Assembly (NCBI GenBank): GCA_965209155.1
Contig: OZ242383.1
Location: 2,048,001-2,112,000 of the forward strand
Source of the DNA: a bacterium
Lineage (GTDB): Bacteria; SAR324; NAC60-12
Length of the DNA: 64,000 bases
Direction of reading: 5' to 3'
This document shows, piece by piece, positions 41,441 to 52,026 of the stretch (its first letter is position 1; every line of letters begins with the position of its first letter). The translations under genes and the position numbers were made by a program. The notes below the pieces were generated by a model. That model ran no database searches. It was not told the DNA's origin and saw only the letters and a program-made list of their open reading frames with translations.

Positions 41441-43756
41441 ATGCGGGATGACTTCCTTTCCATTGAAAAGACCTCGGCCTTACAAACCCTGGCAGACATC
41501 AGTCACGTCATCACATCATCCCACGATACCGAAAAAACTTTGTTTCATACGGCAAAGATGGTTGCGGAGCGGATCAAAGTGGACGCATGCACCATTTATG
41601 TATATGACGACAATGAAGACAAACTAACCCTTCGAGCCACCCACGGCCTCAATCAAGAGGCGGTGGGTCATGTCAAAATGTCTCCTTCTGAAGGATTGGT
41701 CGGGCTGGTTTTGCAAACCTCGTCCCCCGTCCAGGTTGCCGAGATGCAATCCCACCCTCGTTTCAAGCACTTTCCCCTGATTGAAGAGGACCAGTATCAT
41801 TCTTTCCTGGGAGTTCCTTTGATCGAGCACCGTAAGGCCTTTGGAGTGATTGGGCTGCATACGCGGGAAAGTCGAAATTTTACTCAAGAGGAAGAACACG
41901 TTCTGGTAACCATCGCCTCCCAGATTGCCGGAGTCATTTCCAAAGCCTTGTTGATCGAACTTCTCGACCAATCCTCGATGTCCAATCCCCCTCTTGATAA
42001 AAAAAGTATGCGCATTACGGGAACTCCGGTCGCCCCCGGGGTTGCTGTGGGTAAAGCCGTCTTGATGCAAGAGCGCGCTGTGGAAGAACCTGAAAAAACG
42101 GTGAAACATTCTTCGAAAAAGGAGTTGGAAATATTTCACAGGGTCCTGGAAAAGACCACCACCGAAACACTGGAACTGATCGATAAAGTGTCTCAATACC
42201 TGGGGGCCGAAGAAGCAGCCATTTTTCACGCGCATCTTATGTTTTTGGAAGATCATGGTTTCCAGAACAAAATCATTCGCTATATTCGGGAGGGCACCTC
42301 AGCGGCATGGGCTATATTTCAAGTGATTGAAGAATATTTCCTGGCATTTGAAACGATCAACGATCCGTATCTGCGAGAACGCGGAGTCGATTTGAAGGAC
42401 ATGGGATACCGGCTCCTCCGTCACTTGGGATATGGTCGGGTCTCATTGACGGAGCAGGAAGGGATATTGGTCACCAAACAATTGCTACCCGGAGACGTCG
42501 CGCAATTCGATTCCGATACCATCAAGGGAATCGTCACTTCTGCCGGAGGCGCTGCTTCTCATGCTGCTATTTTAGCGCGTTCTCGATTCATACCTGCCGT
42601 TTGCGTCTCTGAAGAAGAAATCGAAGAAATCCATGAGGGTGATATTCTGGCAGTGGATGGGGAACATGGTTATCTGATCAACAATCCGAGTGAAGAAGTC
42701 CATACTGAATTCCAAAAGTTGCTGTCGCAACAAGAAGAATATCTCATCCACCTGGATCAATACCGGGAGAAAAGTTGCCAAACGGTCGACGGCGTACGAA
42801 TTCATGTACTGGCGAACGTCGGACTGCTCAGCGAAACCAGCGCGCTCCACCAATATGGAGCCGAAGGCATCGGCTTGTATCGATCCGAGCTTTTCTTTTT
42901 ATCCGTGGATCATTTCCCTAGTGTCGAAGAACAAGTAGCGGTCTACTCGAAAATCATCGAAAGCGTGGAGAGTCATCAATCGGTCGTCTTCCGCACCTTG
43001 GATGTCGGTGCGGATAAATCAGCGCCTTATATGGGTATCATCCATGAGGGGAATCCATTCATGGGCAACCGAGCCATTCGTCAACAAATAGAAAATCCCG
43101 AATTGTTGAAAAGACAGGTCAAAGCCATCCTCATCGCGGCATCACAAAGGAAGAATGATGCAAAAGGACGAAAAAACATTTTCTTGATCTTTCCCATGAT
43201 CAGTCATCTCAACGAAATTCACTTTGCCAAAAACATCTTTCAGGATTGTCGAGACGAGTTGCGAAAAGAGGGGATCGACGCACCGAATCTCCCAATCGGG
43301 ATGATGTTCGAAATTCCAGCTGCCGTTGTGATGTGTGAAACATTCATTTCAGAAATCAACTTTCTTGCAATTGGCAGTAATGATTTGACCCAATACGTGT
43401 TGGCGGTGGACCGTAACAATCCTCGTGTTGCTCATTTGTATGACCCCTTGCACCCTTCCGTGCTCAACCTCGTCAAACAATTGATCGAATGCGCCAACAG
43501 GCACAAGAAACCGATCGAGTTGTGTGGAGAAATGGCATCGGATCCGGATGGATGCATTATTTTGATTGGTATGGGATTACGTTACCTGAGTATGACTGCT
43601 TCTCTGATACCGGTCGTCAAAGAACGCCTCTCCTACATCACGCTTGCCGAAGCGGAAGAACTGGCAAAAACCGCATTGCAAGCCTCATCTGCGGAAGAAG
43701 TGAGAAATCTGGTGCAGACCTTCTTCAAATTCTTTACTTCCCCACCGTCTGTATGA
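41441..43756 (+). CDS. ptsP: PEP-protein phosphotransferase with N-terminal GAF domain (Enzyme I-Ntr)
   Basis: GAF domain, SHAAILAR phospho-His, GIGLYRSE, FRTLDVGADK, IGSNDLTQY, CGEMA. Confidence 0.92.
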   Translation: MRDDFLSIEKTSALQTLADISHVITSSHDTEKTLFHTAKMVAERIKVDACTIYVYDDNEDKLTLRATHGLNQEAVGHVKMSPSEGLVGLVLQTSSPVQVAEMQSHPRFKHFPLIEEDQYHSFLGVPLIEHRKAFGVIGLHTRESRNFTQEEEHVLVTIASQIAGVISKALLIELLDQSSMSNPPLDKKSMRITGTPVAPGVAVGKAVLMQERAVEEPEKTVKHSSKKELEIFHRVLEKTTTETLELIDKVSQYLGAEEAAIFHAHLMFLEDHGFQNKIIRYIREGTSAAWAIFQVIEEYFLAFETINDPYLRERGVDLKDMGYRLLRHLGYGRVSLTEQEGILVTKQLLPGDVAQFDSDTIKGIVTSAGGAASHAAILARSRFIPAVCVSEEEIEEIHEGDILAVDGEHGYLINNPSEEVHTEFQKLLSQQEEYLIHLDQYREKSCQTVDGVRIHVLANVGLLSETSALHQYGAEGIGLYRSELFFLSVDHFPSVEEQVAVYSKIIESVESHQSVVFRTLDVGADKSAPYMGIIHEGNPFMGNRAIRQQIENPELLKRQVKAILIAASQRKNDAKGRKNIFLIFPMISHLNEIHFAKNIFQDCRDELRKEGIDAPNLPIGMMFEIPAAVVMCETFISEINFLAIGSNDLTQYVLAVDRNNPRVAHLYDPLHPSVLNLVKQLIECANRHKKPIELCGEMASDPDGCIILIGMGLRYLSMTASLIPVVKERLSYITLAEAEELAKTALQASSAEEVRNLVQTFFKFFTSPPSV

Positions 43757-44877
43757 ACGCCGTAAAACCCATTCAATTCATTTATGGCAACCAGCAATTA
43801 CAGATCGACGAAACGGTGGCCGCGCTGGTTCAGACCCTCCTGGAGAACCGCGAAGCGGAATTCACGGTGCAACGATTCGACGTCAGCGAGTTGCTCAAGG
43901 AGGATGGAGAAAGCGCAGATGAAAAAGTGGATCATTTTTGTTTGAGTTGTGACACGCTTCCTTTTTTATCGGATCGCAAAATCATTCGTTTGGAACACCT
44001 GGAAAAACTGAAATTGCCGAGAGGACAAGAAAATGAATCGCAGGACGGGGGTTCCCGCGTCACGTCACCTTCCATGTCCGCCGGTAAACGACTGTTTCAT
44101 GCAATGCAAAAGTACCTGCTGAATCCTCCGCATGGCTGTTTTTTTATCTTAACGGCCTTTGCGACTCGAGACCAGGATCTCAGTACTCCCTTGTTGAAGG
44201 CCATCAAGCAACAGGGACGCATTCAAAAATTCGTCGCCTATGACGACGACAATCCCATTGCCTGGACCATCGCCCGTGGTCGACAGAAACAACTCTCCAT
44301 GACGCCGCAGCTTGCCCGATTGCTCATTGAATTGGTTGGCAACGATTTAAACGTCCTGGACCAGGAATTAGAAAAACTTTCCTTGTTGTCTTTAAAATCC
44401 GTCAATGGGGATGAACCTCGCCCGCAATCTCTGCGCTTGAAAGAGGAAACATTGCTCGAACACGTCAGGGGGGCCAAGTCTTTTTCGATTTTCCGCATCA
44501 CCCAATCACTCTCGAATAAAGATTTGGTGGGGGCTCTGGAAACACTGGATCAAATCCTGCTGGGAAAACCCTCCGGGCCTATCGGCTTATTCGTCCTGGT
44601 ATACCGGCAATTTCGTACATTGTTGCGCATCCATTACTTCAAGCAGCAAAATCTCCCTCCACCGACGATTCTCTCCAAGCTCCAACTCCACCCTTTTTTG
44701 GGAAAACGCCTGGTGGCTCAAGCGCAGTCCTTCACCCTCGACGAATTGGAACAAATCGTGATCCACATGGCGGAGCTCGACCTGCAAATCAAATACAATG
44801 CCAAAGTCGCGCGCAGCCTCCTTCAAAACCTGTTCCAGCAAATCTGCACCGGCCACTTCCAGTCCCCAATGCCTTGA
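43753..44877 (+). CDS. holA: DNA polymerase III subunit delta
   Basis: FIYG start, TLPFLSDRKII, VGNDL..LDQELEKLSL, LDLQIK; start reassigned to the ATG overlapping the ptsP stop. Confidence 0.85.
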   Translation: MNAVKPIQFIYGNQQLQIDETVAALVQTLLENREAEFTVQRFDVSELLKEDGESADEKVDHFCLSCDTLPFLSDRKIIRLEHLEKLKLPRGQENESQDGGSRVTSPSMSAGKRLFHAMQKYLLNPPHGCFFILTAFATRDQDLSTPLLKAIKQQGRIQKFVAYDDDNPIAWTIARGRQKQLSMTPQLARLLIELVGNDLNVLDQELEKLSLLSLKSVNGDEPRPQSLRLKEETLLEHVRGAKSFSIFRITQSLSNKDLVGALETLDQILLGKPSGPIGLFVLVYRQFRTLLRIHYFKQQNLPPPTILSKLQLHPFLGKRLVAQAQSFTLDELEQIVIHMAELDLQIKYNAKVARSLLQNLFQQICTGHFQSPMP

Positions 44878-45036
44878 GACAGAAAAAAGAGAGTGGCAAA
44901 CTGATTTTATCCGGATTTTAATAATGGTAAACTCAGACTTGAGAGTTCGTTTATGAAAATCGAGAGATAGATGAACGGATGATGCTTGTTTATTGTTCAT
45001 TTTCCCTGGCATCGATTCCTCTCCTGCGAAGAAAAA

Positions 45037-45720
45037 ATGGACAAAGCGTTATTTGACGGCTATCTTATTGGGGAGCCGAACACGGTCGACAACTTTAAAT
45101 CAACTTCCTCATCCGATGTCGGTATGCTCATTTCTTTGAAGTCCCAGCAAAATTCCGCATTGTTGCCGAAAGACCAGACCCTGATCGAGGATATTATAAA
45201 GGGGGAACACGATAAGTTCGATATTCTGGTCAATCGCTACCGGAACCAGGTGTTCCGCTTTCTTCTCAAGTTCATCGACGATCCGGCCCAGGCGGAAGAT
45301 TTGGCTCAGGAAACTTTTATCGCTGCATTTCAGAATTTGGAAACCTTCCTGGGCAACGCCAAATTTTTGACCTGGCTCTTGGGAATCGCACGCAATAAAG
45401 TCATCAACGACATCAACCGGTCTGGCAAACGGCGTTCCAAGATGATTTCGGACCAGATGCTGGAAAGGCATCAATCTTCCGAAGACTCCCCCTTGGAATA
45501 CACTGAAAAAAAACAGCGTTTTTCGCTTTTAAAAAAAGCCATCGACCGGCTTGATCCGGATCTCAAAGAAGTGTTGGTCCTGGTTTCTATGGAAGGAATG
45601 TCTTACGAGGAAGTGGCACGTATGCAGGATATTCCTGTCGGAACCGTGAAAAGCAAATTATTTCGGGCAAGGATGATGTTGCGAAAATTTCTCAAAAAGA
45701 ATAAAAATGAACAATTTTAA
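45037..45720 (+). CDS. ECF RNA polymerase sigma factor
   Basis: AEDLAQETF, FLTWLLGIARN, GMSYEEVA...PVGTVKSKLFRAR. Confidence 0.93.
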   Translation: MDKALFDGYLIGEPNTVDNFKSTSSSDVGMLISLKSQQNSALLPKDQTLIEDIIKGEHDKFDILVNRYRNQVFRFLLKFIDDPAQAEDLAQETFIAAFQNLETFLGNAKFLTWLLGIARNKVINDINRSGKRRSKMISDQMLERHQSSEDSPLEYTEKKQRFSLLKKAIDRLDPDLKEVLVLVSMEGMSYEEVARMQDIPVGTVKSKLFRARMMLRKFLKKNKNEQF

Positions 45721-45814
45721 AAAACATGGTACTTAAATTTGAGAATGATCCAATTGACAACAGAATCCCACCAGTCACACAACGATCATTTTGAATAAAT
45801 CCAATCGAATTCTC

Positions 45815-46579
45815 ATGAGCCGTCCAAAAACTATCCGCTGCGAAGATGCAATGTTCCTGATGAGCCGCCATTTAGATGGCGATATCAGTAAAGAAGAAAC
45901 CTGGCAGATCCACAATCACTCCAATTCTTGTCCCGATTGCCAGGTTCAAATGGAGGAGATGGCTGCCATCGAGTTAGAAGTCAGCGCATGTCATCAGTTC
46001 CTCGATGTTCACTCACTGGACAATCAATTCAATACCCGGGTCATGACAGCTCTTTCAGAAAAAGAAAAAGATCGTTTCCTTGTTTATTCCTGGCGTCAAC
46101 ATTTCAAAAAAATCAAGATCCTCAAATCTCTCACGCACACCCGACTCTTCCCGGTAACAGTCGGCATTTTGGGGAGTTTTCTGATATTCTTCCTGGTCGC
46201 TCCCCTTTTCCTTTCTTCCCAAGATGCTTCGCAACGTTTTTCGATTGCTGAAATACCTTTCAATCAAGCGCAAGACGAAGTGCCGTGGAACCATGAACAA
46301 ACGATCCCACCCGGTCAGGTGGCGGAATTCGTCATCAATAAAAGCGATCAAAAGTCAATTTATTTCCGCATGAGTTCTTCCCAGCCCGTCCGTATTTTGG
46401 TACGGCACAATGGCAATGACCAGGATATACAGATGCAGGGCATTCGATATGCGACTCTGAAAACACCTCAAATCAATGATGCGGTGATGATTCGCAATGA
46501 AGGCAACTCCCCCATCCGGGTCAACGCCCATTCCACACGGCCTCAGCAACTCAGTCTGAGAGCCGCCAACCGTCCTTGA
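45815..46579 (+). CDS. Anti-sigma factor (zf-HC2, single TM)
   Basis: C...LDGDI...HSNSCPDC (HxxxCxxC), then a TM helix; directly after the ECF sigma. Confidence 0.85.
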   Translation: MSRPKTIRCEDAMFLMSRHLDGDISKEETWQIHNHSNSCPDCQVQMEEMAAIELEVSACHQFLDVHSLDNQFNTRVMTALSEKEKDRFLVYSWRQHFKKIKILKSLTHTRLFPVTVGILGSFLIFFLVAPLFLSSQDASQRFSIAEIPFNQAQDEVPWNHEQTIPPGQVAEFVINKSDQKSIYFRMSSSQPVRILVRHNGNDQDIQMQGIRYATLKTPQINDAVMIRNEGNSPIRVNAHSTRPQQLSLRAANRP

Positions 46580-46709
46580 CCCAACCTTCACTTCAATAAT
46601 TCGCCTCTACCACCACATCGTTTTTTCGATTGGATTGGCTTCGGTATTACCAGTGGAGATGCTCTTCTGTTGGGGTCAAGGCGAAGGAGAGCGGAGCGCG
46701 TCAGCTGAA

Positions 46710-47375
46710 TCAGTGGGCAAACAGGCTGGTTTGCCATCCCCCATCCAAATCACCGTAACCCTGGACGAGCAGTTCGACGAGGGAAGGAAGTACTTGCTGA
46801 GCTTTCGCATTCAACTCGAGCAAAGAAGCACCGGTGCGTAGAGTGTTTCGCTGTTCCATCATTGCTTGCAAACCCTGGTAAATTCTCACCAGGTCGAGCA
46901 CGTCGTTGGCCGCGTATCGGAGTTGAGCCGACGACAGATTGGTACGAGACCAGTCACTTTGTTGCGGATCTTTATCGAGTTTTTTGCCCAATAACTCCCA
47001 AGCGAGGTCCTTCAGTCCGTGATTTTGCGTATAGGTACGGATAATTTTACTCATTACCTTCGTACAACAAAAAGGTCGTACTTCGATTTGCAAAGACGTT
47101 TTGAAAAAAGCGACGTCGGTGAGGGCAAAATGAAAAACCTTCAACACCTCTCCGGATTCCATCAACTGCCTCAGGCGTGGAGGCGGGTTCGAAGTGTCTG
47201 GTTTGACCAGGCAGACATTGGCCTGGTTATCGCAAAGCTGGACCAGGCAAATCTGATCCCGATAGAGCGTGAGTCCATGAAGCTCCGTATCGACGGCAAT
47301 TACATCTTGTTTCAGAAAGTGCTTGAACAAGTCTTGTGGAATATCAGCGACTGTCTGGTATTCAATTTTCGACAT
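46710..47375 (-). CDS. rnd: Ribonuclease D-like 3'-5' exonuclease
   Basis: AVDTE, CLVQL, FHFA..D, HGLKDL, QQSDW, YAANDV. Confidence 0.88.
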   Translation of the reverse strand: MSKIEYQTVADIPQDLFKHFLKQDVIAVDTELHGLTLYRDQICLVQLCDNQANVCLVKPDTSNPPPRLRQLMESGEVLKVFHFALTDVAFFKTSLQIEVRPFCCTKVMSKIIRTYTQNHGLKDLAWELLGKKLDKDPQQSDWSRTNLSSAQLRYAANDVLDLVRIYQGLQAMMEQRNTLRTGASLLELNAKAQQVLPSLVELLVQGYGDLDGGWQTSLFAH

Positions 47376-47428
47376 GGAGTTCTATCGTTTCGTAGATGGG
47401 TATGAATAAACAATCACGCTAAAAAATT

Positions 47429-47791
47429 TTAAATTTCCTGCTCTTCCCTGAATTGCTTCCATCCCTTGTACACGCGATAAATGATCCAGACATAGACCGC
47501 GAGCAATATCAAATAACCGACGCCAAAAAAAGTAGTGAGCGTTCCAACCACTCCCAAGATTAGGCTGACCCAAAACGTGGCGATTTGCCACTTGAAATGA
47601 GATTCCAGCCATGTCCCTTTTACCTCATCCTTTTTCAAGTAATTGAGGACAACCCCAACCAGCGCCGTAATGCCGAAAAAAATCGAAAGTCCCTGCAGTA
47701 CGTAAATCCCCTGGGTGAGCGTTTTCATGGACTGCTTGGGTTGAGCTGACTGCAACGACTTGTTTTCAAATTCTTTAAGAAAATCACTCAT
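47429..47791 (-). CDS. Small membrane protein (DUF4870-like)
   Basis: Three TM helices; SHFKWQIATFW, YRVYKGW. Confidence 0.8.
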   Translation of the reverse strand: MSDFLKEFENKSLQSAQPKQSMKTLTQGIYVLQGLSIFFGITALVGVVLNYLKKDEVKGTWLESHFKWQIATFWVSLILGVVGTLTTFFGVGYLILLAVYVWIIYRVYKGWKQFREEQEI

Positions 47792-47908
47792 GAAGTTCCT
47801 TTGTTGTTCGATTTGATAGAAAGCCGGAAAGTTCCGTGGCTTCGCCTTTCAGACAAGCCGTTTTTTCTGTTTAGAAGCATAAACGAATTTGTACGAATGC
47901 GCAAATTA

Positions 47909-48901
47909 TTAATGGACAGGTGGGCTTTCTCGAATCGCGAGTACTACTTTGCCCATTGCCTGACGATTGGCAAGCAGTTGCAGGGCTTCTTTTGCTTGTT
48001 CATGGGGATAGATGCGTGAAATATAAGGTCGAAGCTTCCCTTGCCCGGCCCATTTGAAAAGCACCTTCCTGTTTTCTTTTGCTCCCTGAGGATTGCGTCT
48101 GCCGTATTCACCGGCCCGTACTCCCACCACGGAAAATCCTTTGATCAGGGGAATGTTGGTTTTGATCTCGGCAATGCGTCCTCCGGCAAAACCAATTACC
48201 AGCAAACGGCCGCCCCAGGCGATGCAACGCGTGGATTCGTCGAAGACGTCCCCTCCCACCGGATCATAAATCACATCAGCACCGTGTCCACCAGTCATTT
48301 CCAACACCTGTTCGCGAAATCCACAGGCAGGATGGATGAGATGATCGGCATGTTTCTGGTGGACAATTTTTATTTTTTCCTCATTACTGGCAACGCCAAT
48401 CACCCTCGCTCCCAGTAATTTCCCCATTTCCACGGCAGCCAGCCCCATCCCGCCAGAAGCGCCGTGGACCAGCAAGGTTTCCCCTTCTTGGAGCTTCCCT
48501 CGATGGTACAAAGCGACGTATGCCGTGTTGTAACCCGCCATGAATGCGGCCCCTTCCGCATAACTGAAGTTTTCGGGAAGGGGATGCAAGGCGCTTGCCG
48601 GTACAATGATTTCTTCGGCAAATCCGCCGTACCGGTGTTGCGTGATGACGCGATCTCCTCTTGCAACATCTTGCGCACCGGCACCCACTTCCACCACTTC
48701 TCCGGCGCTTTCCAACCCGGGAGTAAAAGGGAGGGGCGGTTTGAATTGGTATTTTCCCCGTATCATCAATAGATCCGGAAAGTTCACGGAAGCCGCATGC
48801 AAGGCGACTCTTACTTCTCCGGGAGCAACCGGTGGCAGTTGCACGTCTTCCAGGACCAGTTCTTCCGGAGTTCCGATTTTATGACAAACAATCGCTTTCA
48901 T
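47909..48901 (-). CDS. NADPH:quinone oxidoreductase family (MDR)
   Basis: VNFPD, PGLESAG, VHGASGGMG, YDPVGG, IGFAGG. Confidence 0.92.
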   Translation of the reverse strand: MKAIVCHKIGTPEELVLEDVQLPPVAPGEVRVALHAASVNFPDLLMIRGKYQFKPPLPFTPGLESAGEVVEVGAGAQDVARGDRVITQHRYGGFAEEIIVPASALHPLPENFSYAEGAAFMAGYNTAYVALYHRGKLQEGETLLVHGASGGMGLAAVEMGKLLGARVIGVASNEEKIKIVHQKHADHLIHPACGFREQVLEMTGGHGADVIYDPVGGDVFDESTRCIAWGGRLLVIGFAGGRIAEIKTNIPLIKGFSVVGVRAGEYGRRNPQGAKENRKVLFKWAGQGKLRPYISRIYPHEQAKEALQLLANRQAMGKVVLAIRESPPVH

Positions 48902-48922
48902 TGAATCATTCGAATTAGGGAG

Positions 48923-49873
48923 TCAGCCTCCGCCAAAGAGAGCAATTCGCTCAGTGATCAGGGAAAAAAATCCGTCCGCGTCGATGTGGGTCATCCAGGT
49001 TGCATTGGGGGGGTGGTTGGCAAGTTGACGATTGTCGACAATCGTTGCGCCCATCGTTAATTCCGAGTTGATTTCCACTGCAACGCGCACGGCTTCTCCA
49101 CGAAACAGTTCCGGACTGAGCAGGTAGGCCATCGTGCAGGGATCATGCAAAGGTGCCGTCTCCCGACTGAATTTTTTCCGGTAGGTATCCATAATGGATT
49201 CAAACAGGGTTTGAGCCAGCCTGGCAACCGGGGTGTCCTGGTTCGCCAGTGGCTCAATGCGTTTCTTCGTCATTAACGCCTGGTGCGTCACATCCAGCCC
49301 CATTACCACTAGTGGACGACCACAGTTGAAAACGACATGAGCCGCATGGGGATCCGCATAAATATTGAATTCCGCGACGGGGGTAACGTTACCCCCTGCG
49401 CGGGCGCTGCCTCCCATCAATACGATTTCTTCGATTTTCGGCAAGATACGGGGTTCTTTGACTATCGCCATTGCGATGTTGGTCAGGGGTCCCACGGGAA
49501 GCAGCGTGATCGATTGCACTTCAGCGGCCATCAGCGTTTCTACAATGAAATCAACAGCATGTAGTTCTTGTAAGGGCACCTCCGGTTCAAAGAGATCAAT
49601 TCCCAACAATCCCGATTCACCATGGAAATTTCTGGCCGTTTTCGCCTCTCTCAACATGGGTCTGGCACATCCCGCATAAATCGGGACCTCTGGAAATCCT
49701 GCCAATTGACAGATAATACGGGCGTTGCGTTGGGTCAGCTCCAACCCTACGTTTCCCGCCACCGTAGTAATGCCTAAAAGATGACATTCTCGAGAAGAAG
49801 CAAATGCGAGCAGCAAATTGATCGCATCGTCCAAGCCGGGATCGCAGTCGATGAGAATGGCGCGTTTTTTCAT
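48923..49873 (-). CDS. Nucleoside hydrolase (IUNH family)
   Basis: DCDPGLDDA, TVAGN, GPLTNIA, AEFNIYADP, LHDP; start reassigned to MKKRAILID. Confidence 0.93.
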   Translation of the reverse strand: MKKRAILIDCDPGLDDAINLLLAFASSRECHLLGITTVAGNVGLELTQRNARIICQLAGFPEVPIYAGCARPMLREAKTARNFHGESGLLGIDLFEPEVPLQELHAVDFIVETLMAAEVQSITLLPVGPLTNIAMAIVKEPRILPKIEEIVLMGGSARAGGNVTPVAEFNIYADPHAAHVVFNCGRPLVVMGLDVTHQALMTKKRIEPLANQDTPVARLAQTLFESIMDTYRKKFSRETAPLHDPCTMAYLLSPELFRGEAVRVAVEINSELTMGATIVDNRQLANHPPNATWMTHIDADGFFSLITERIALFGGG

Positions 49874-49899
49874 ATCAATGCTCGGCAAATCCTTATGCA

Positions 49900-50076
49900 A
49901 ATCAGGAGTTAAAAAACGTGTCATTCCTGGCTTGACCAGGAATCCAGGGGATACGGGCGATATTTTGGATTCCGGATCATCCTGGTCCCGGATACAATCC
50001 GGACGGTCCGGGACCGGCATGACACATCATGATTACTAAATTATTAATTTTATAAATTAAATTTCAACTCCTGATT
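49900..50076. mobile_element. Second MITE-like element enclosing a REP-like hairpin pair
   Basis: Terminal IR AATCAGGAGTT(A/G)AAA at 49900 and 50062-50076; internal GTCATTCCTGGCTTGACCAGGAATCC and GGTCCCGGA...CCGGGACC...ATGAC. Confidence 0.6.
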
Positions 50077-50174
50077 CACATAATCCTTTTAATTGTCTTG
50101 AACCGTCTGAATATTAACATAAAATTTCCTGATTCCAAAATCAGGAAATGGGTGAGCAGAACAAGAAAGCGCTT

Positions 50175-50879
50175 TTATTCTTTTTGGTGACGGCTCTTCA
50201 CCCTGGCAAAGACGACGTAAAGAGGGTCGGTGCGTCCGGGGTAGGGGGAAAGGTCTTTGAATTCTGGTCTTTCAAACCTGTCTGATTCCGCGAAATAGGA
50301 CTTCACCAGCCCGACATGACCTGCGTCTCCCGAAGTACGCCAGGCTCGTATGGCCTTGCTGGGAAAAAGACGGTTGGAAAAACTCACGCAGCACACGCCT
50401 CCCGGAAAAAGCACCCGCGCAATTTCTTTGAAGACGGCAACGGGTTGGGTCAGGTATTGTACCGAAACGGCGATCAAACACGCGTCAAAGGTGTGCTGCG
50501 CATAGGGTAGCTTGGGAATCGTATTCAGGTTTCTCACCTGAACATCACTCAGCACCGGGTTGTTCCTCAATTCCTCTTCATTCATTCCAAGCCCCGAAAC
50601 CCTTTTCCATTTCCGGTTTTCCGGTAAATGAGAGACCCAACTCGACATGAGGTCCAGCAAGGCGGCATTCTCGGGAAGCAATTGGTCGTAGAATGCTTTC
50701 AACGCCTCGCAGGCCTCATCGTCGATGTGCCGCACGAAACGGGGAACCTCGTAAAATTGCTCATCGGGGGATTCATCTTCTCTTTGATAGAATTCTTTTG
50801 GAAACAAATTTGTCCCCGAAGACCCGGTACGAGGGAATAACCATCGTTTGATCAGACTGGAAAAGACAAGCAATCGCAT
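50175..50879 (-). CDS. Class I SAM-dependent methyltransferase-like protein
   Basis: FY..PRFVRHID, LDLMSSWVSHLP, GMNEEEL, SVQYL, FSNRLFPSKA. Confidence 0.88.
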   Translation of the reverse strand: MRLLVFSSLIKRWLFPRTGSSGTNLFPKEFYQREDESPDEQFYEVPRFVRHIDDEACEALKAFYDQLLPENAALLDLMSSWVSHLPENRKWKRVSGLGMNEEELRNNPVLSDVQVRNLNTIPKLPYAQHTFDACLIAVSVQYLTQPVAVFKEIARVLFPGGVCCVSFSNRLFPSKAIRAWRTSGDAGHVGLVKSYFAESDRFERPEFKDLSPYPGRTDPLYVVFARVKSRHQKE

Positions 50880-50960
50880 GGAGTGGTTATTGCGGTTTGG
50901 CTTCTTGATAAATTCTCAGGTCATTAAGGAAAATTAAAATCAGGAATAAGAGAGATGGCT

Positions 50961-51788
50961 TCACTTGATTTTTTCCAGCATCTCGATTTGGTACATTTGC
51001 ACTTCAGGTGACCCAAAAATCAACTCAATACCTCGTTTGCCAATTTCACTTTGTAGCACTTTGAGTTGATCTTCTTTGGGTTGATTGGTCATGGTAAAAA
51101 TTGGAATAACTTTCCTTGGACGCTTGCTTGCCCCGTATTGTATCAATGTGTCTAAATCGGCTTTGAATTTATCCATCGGTATTTGACTGGCAGGTTTATA
51201 GTCCTTGGCCTCTATCGCGAGAATCGTTTCCCCTTTTTTGAAGACGATATCTATATCCGTTGGTCCTTTTTTCGACCCGTCATCAAACTTTTCTCCAATG
51301 CCTGAAACTTTAAAACCTCTCCCTGATCCGAAGTGAGCGATCCTGAGCTCATTCAAGTGTCCTTTTGTTACTGGAGGAGCATTACCAGCCATTTTTTTTA
51401 AAGTAGAGCGGAATCCAGGCGTATTACCCAATGTGGAAAACACGTTTTCTGCTTCTATTCTTTCCATTACATTTTTATGAACAAGAATACGCATATAAGT
51501 ATCTTCAATTTCTTCATTGGGTAAAGTAAGTTTACCAAGTTCCTCGCCAACTTGGTCTATTCCTTTGGGTTTTTCAGAGAGTTTGGAAAATTCGACTATT
51601 TCTCTATTTGATAACGAATGGGAAGATTGGAAAATTGGCGATAAATTTGGAAACGGGATAACCTCGGGAGAATTATGTATAAACTTCGTCAACAATTTCC
51701 AGAATTTATGGTCAGGAAAGGCATTTGCCTGCAGTGTTGCAATAAGCAGTGCTGCAATCAATAGATATAGAAGAATTTGTTTTTTCAT
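50961..51788 (-). CDS. Exported protein with a C-terminal PD-(D/E)xK-like nuclease domain
   Basis: Signal peptide MKKQILLYLLIAALLIATLQANA; GHLNELRIA...TDIDIV...AIEAKDY. Confidence 0.65.
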   Translation of the reverse strand: MKKQILLYLLIAALLIATLQANAFPDHKFWKLLTKFIHNSPEVIPFPNLSPIFQSSHSLSNREIVEFSKLSEKPKGIDQVGEELGKLTLPNEEIEDTYMRILVHKNVMERIEAENVFSTLGNTPGFRSTLKKMAGNAPPVTKGHLNELRIAHFGSGRGFKVSGIGEKFDDGSKKGPTDIDIVFKKGETILAIEAKDYKPASQIPMDKFKADLDTLIQYGASKRPRKVIPIFTMTNQPKEDQLKVLQSEIGKRGIELIFGSPEVQMYQIEMLEKIK

Positions 51789-52026
51789 CTCGATGTTCCT
51801 TCCAGAGTCAGGTTCCAAAAAGAAAATAAGGGTCTGTCTTGCATGGCATTGAGATTATCTTATAGTGCCATCACAAAATACCCCATACCTGAGATTCTTT
51901 TCAAAACAAGCCCCCCGGATTTTGCGGTTAGATCGGGGACAGGTGATCTTCGGAGATTCTCTTTCCGGTACAGACACGAGCGAAATCCATGTATTGTACA
52001 CCAAATCCAGCAACAATTGTGGCACT

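Noticed and set aside
49874..50020. 49-aa N-terminal extension of the nucleoside hydrolase
   Set aside because: It is a translation of the REP/MITE repeat; the family N-terminus begins at 49873.
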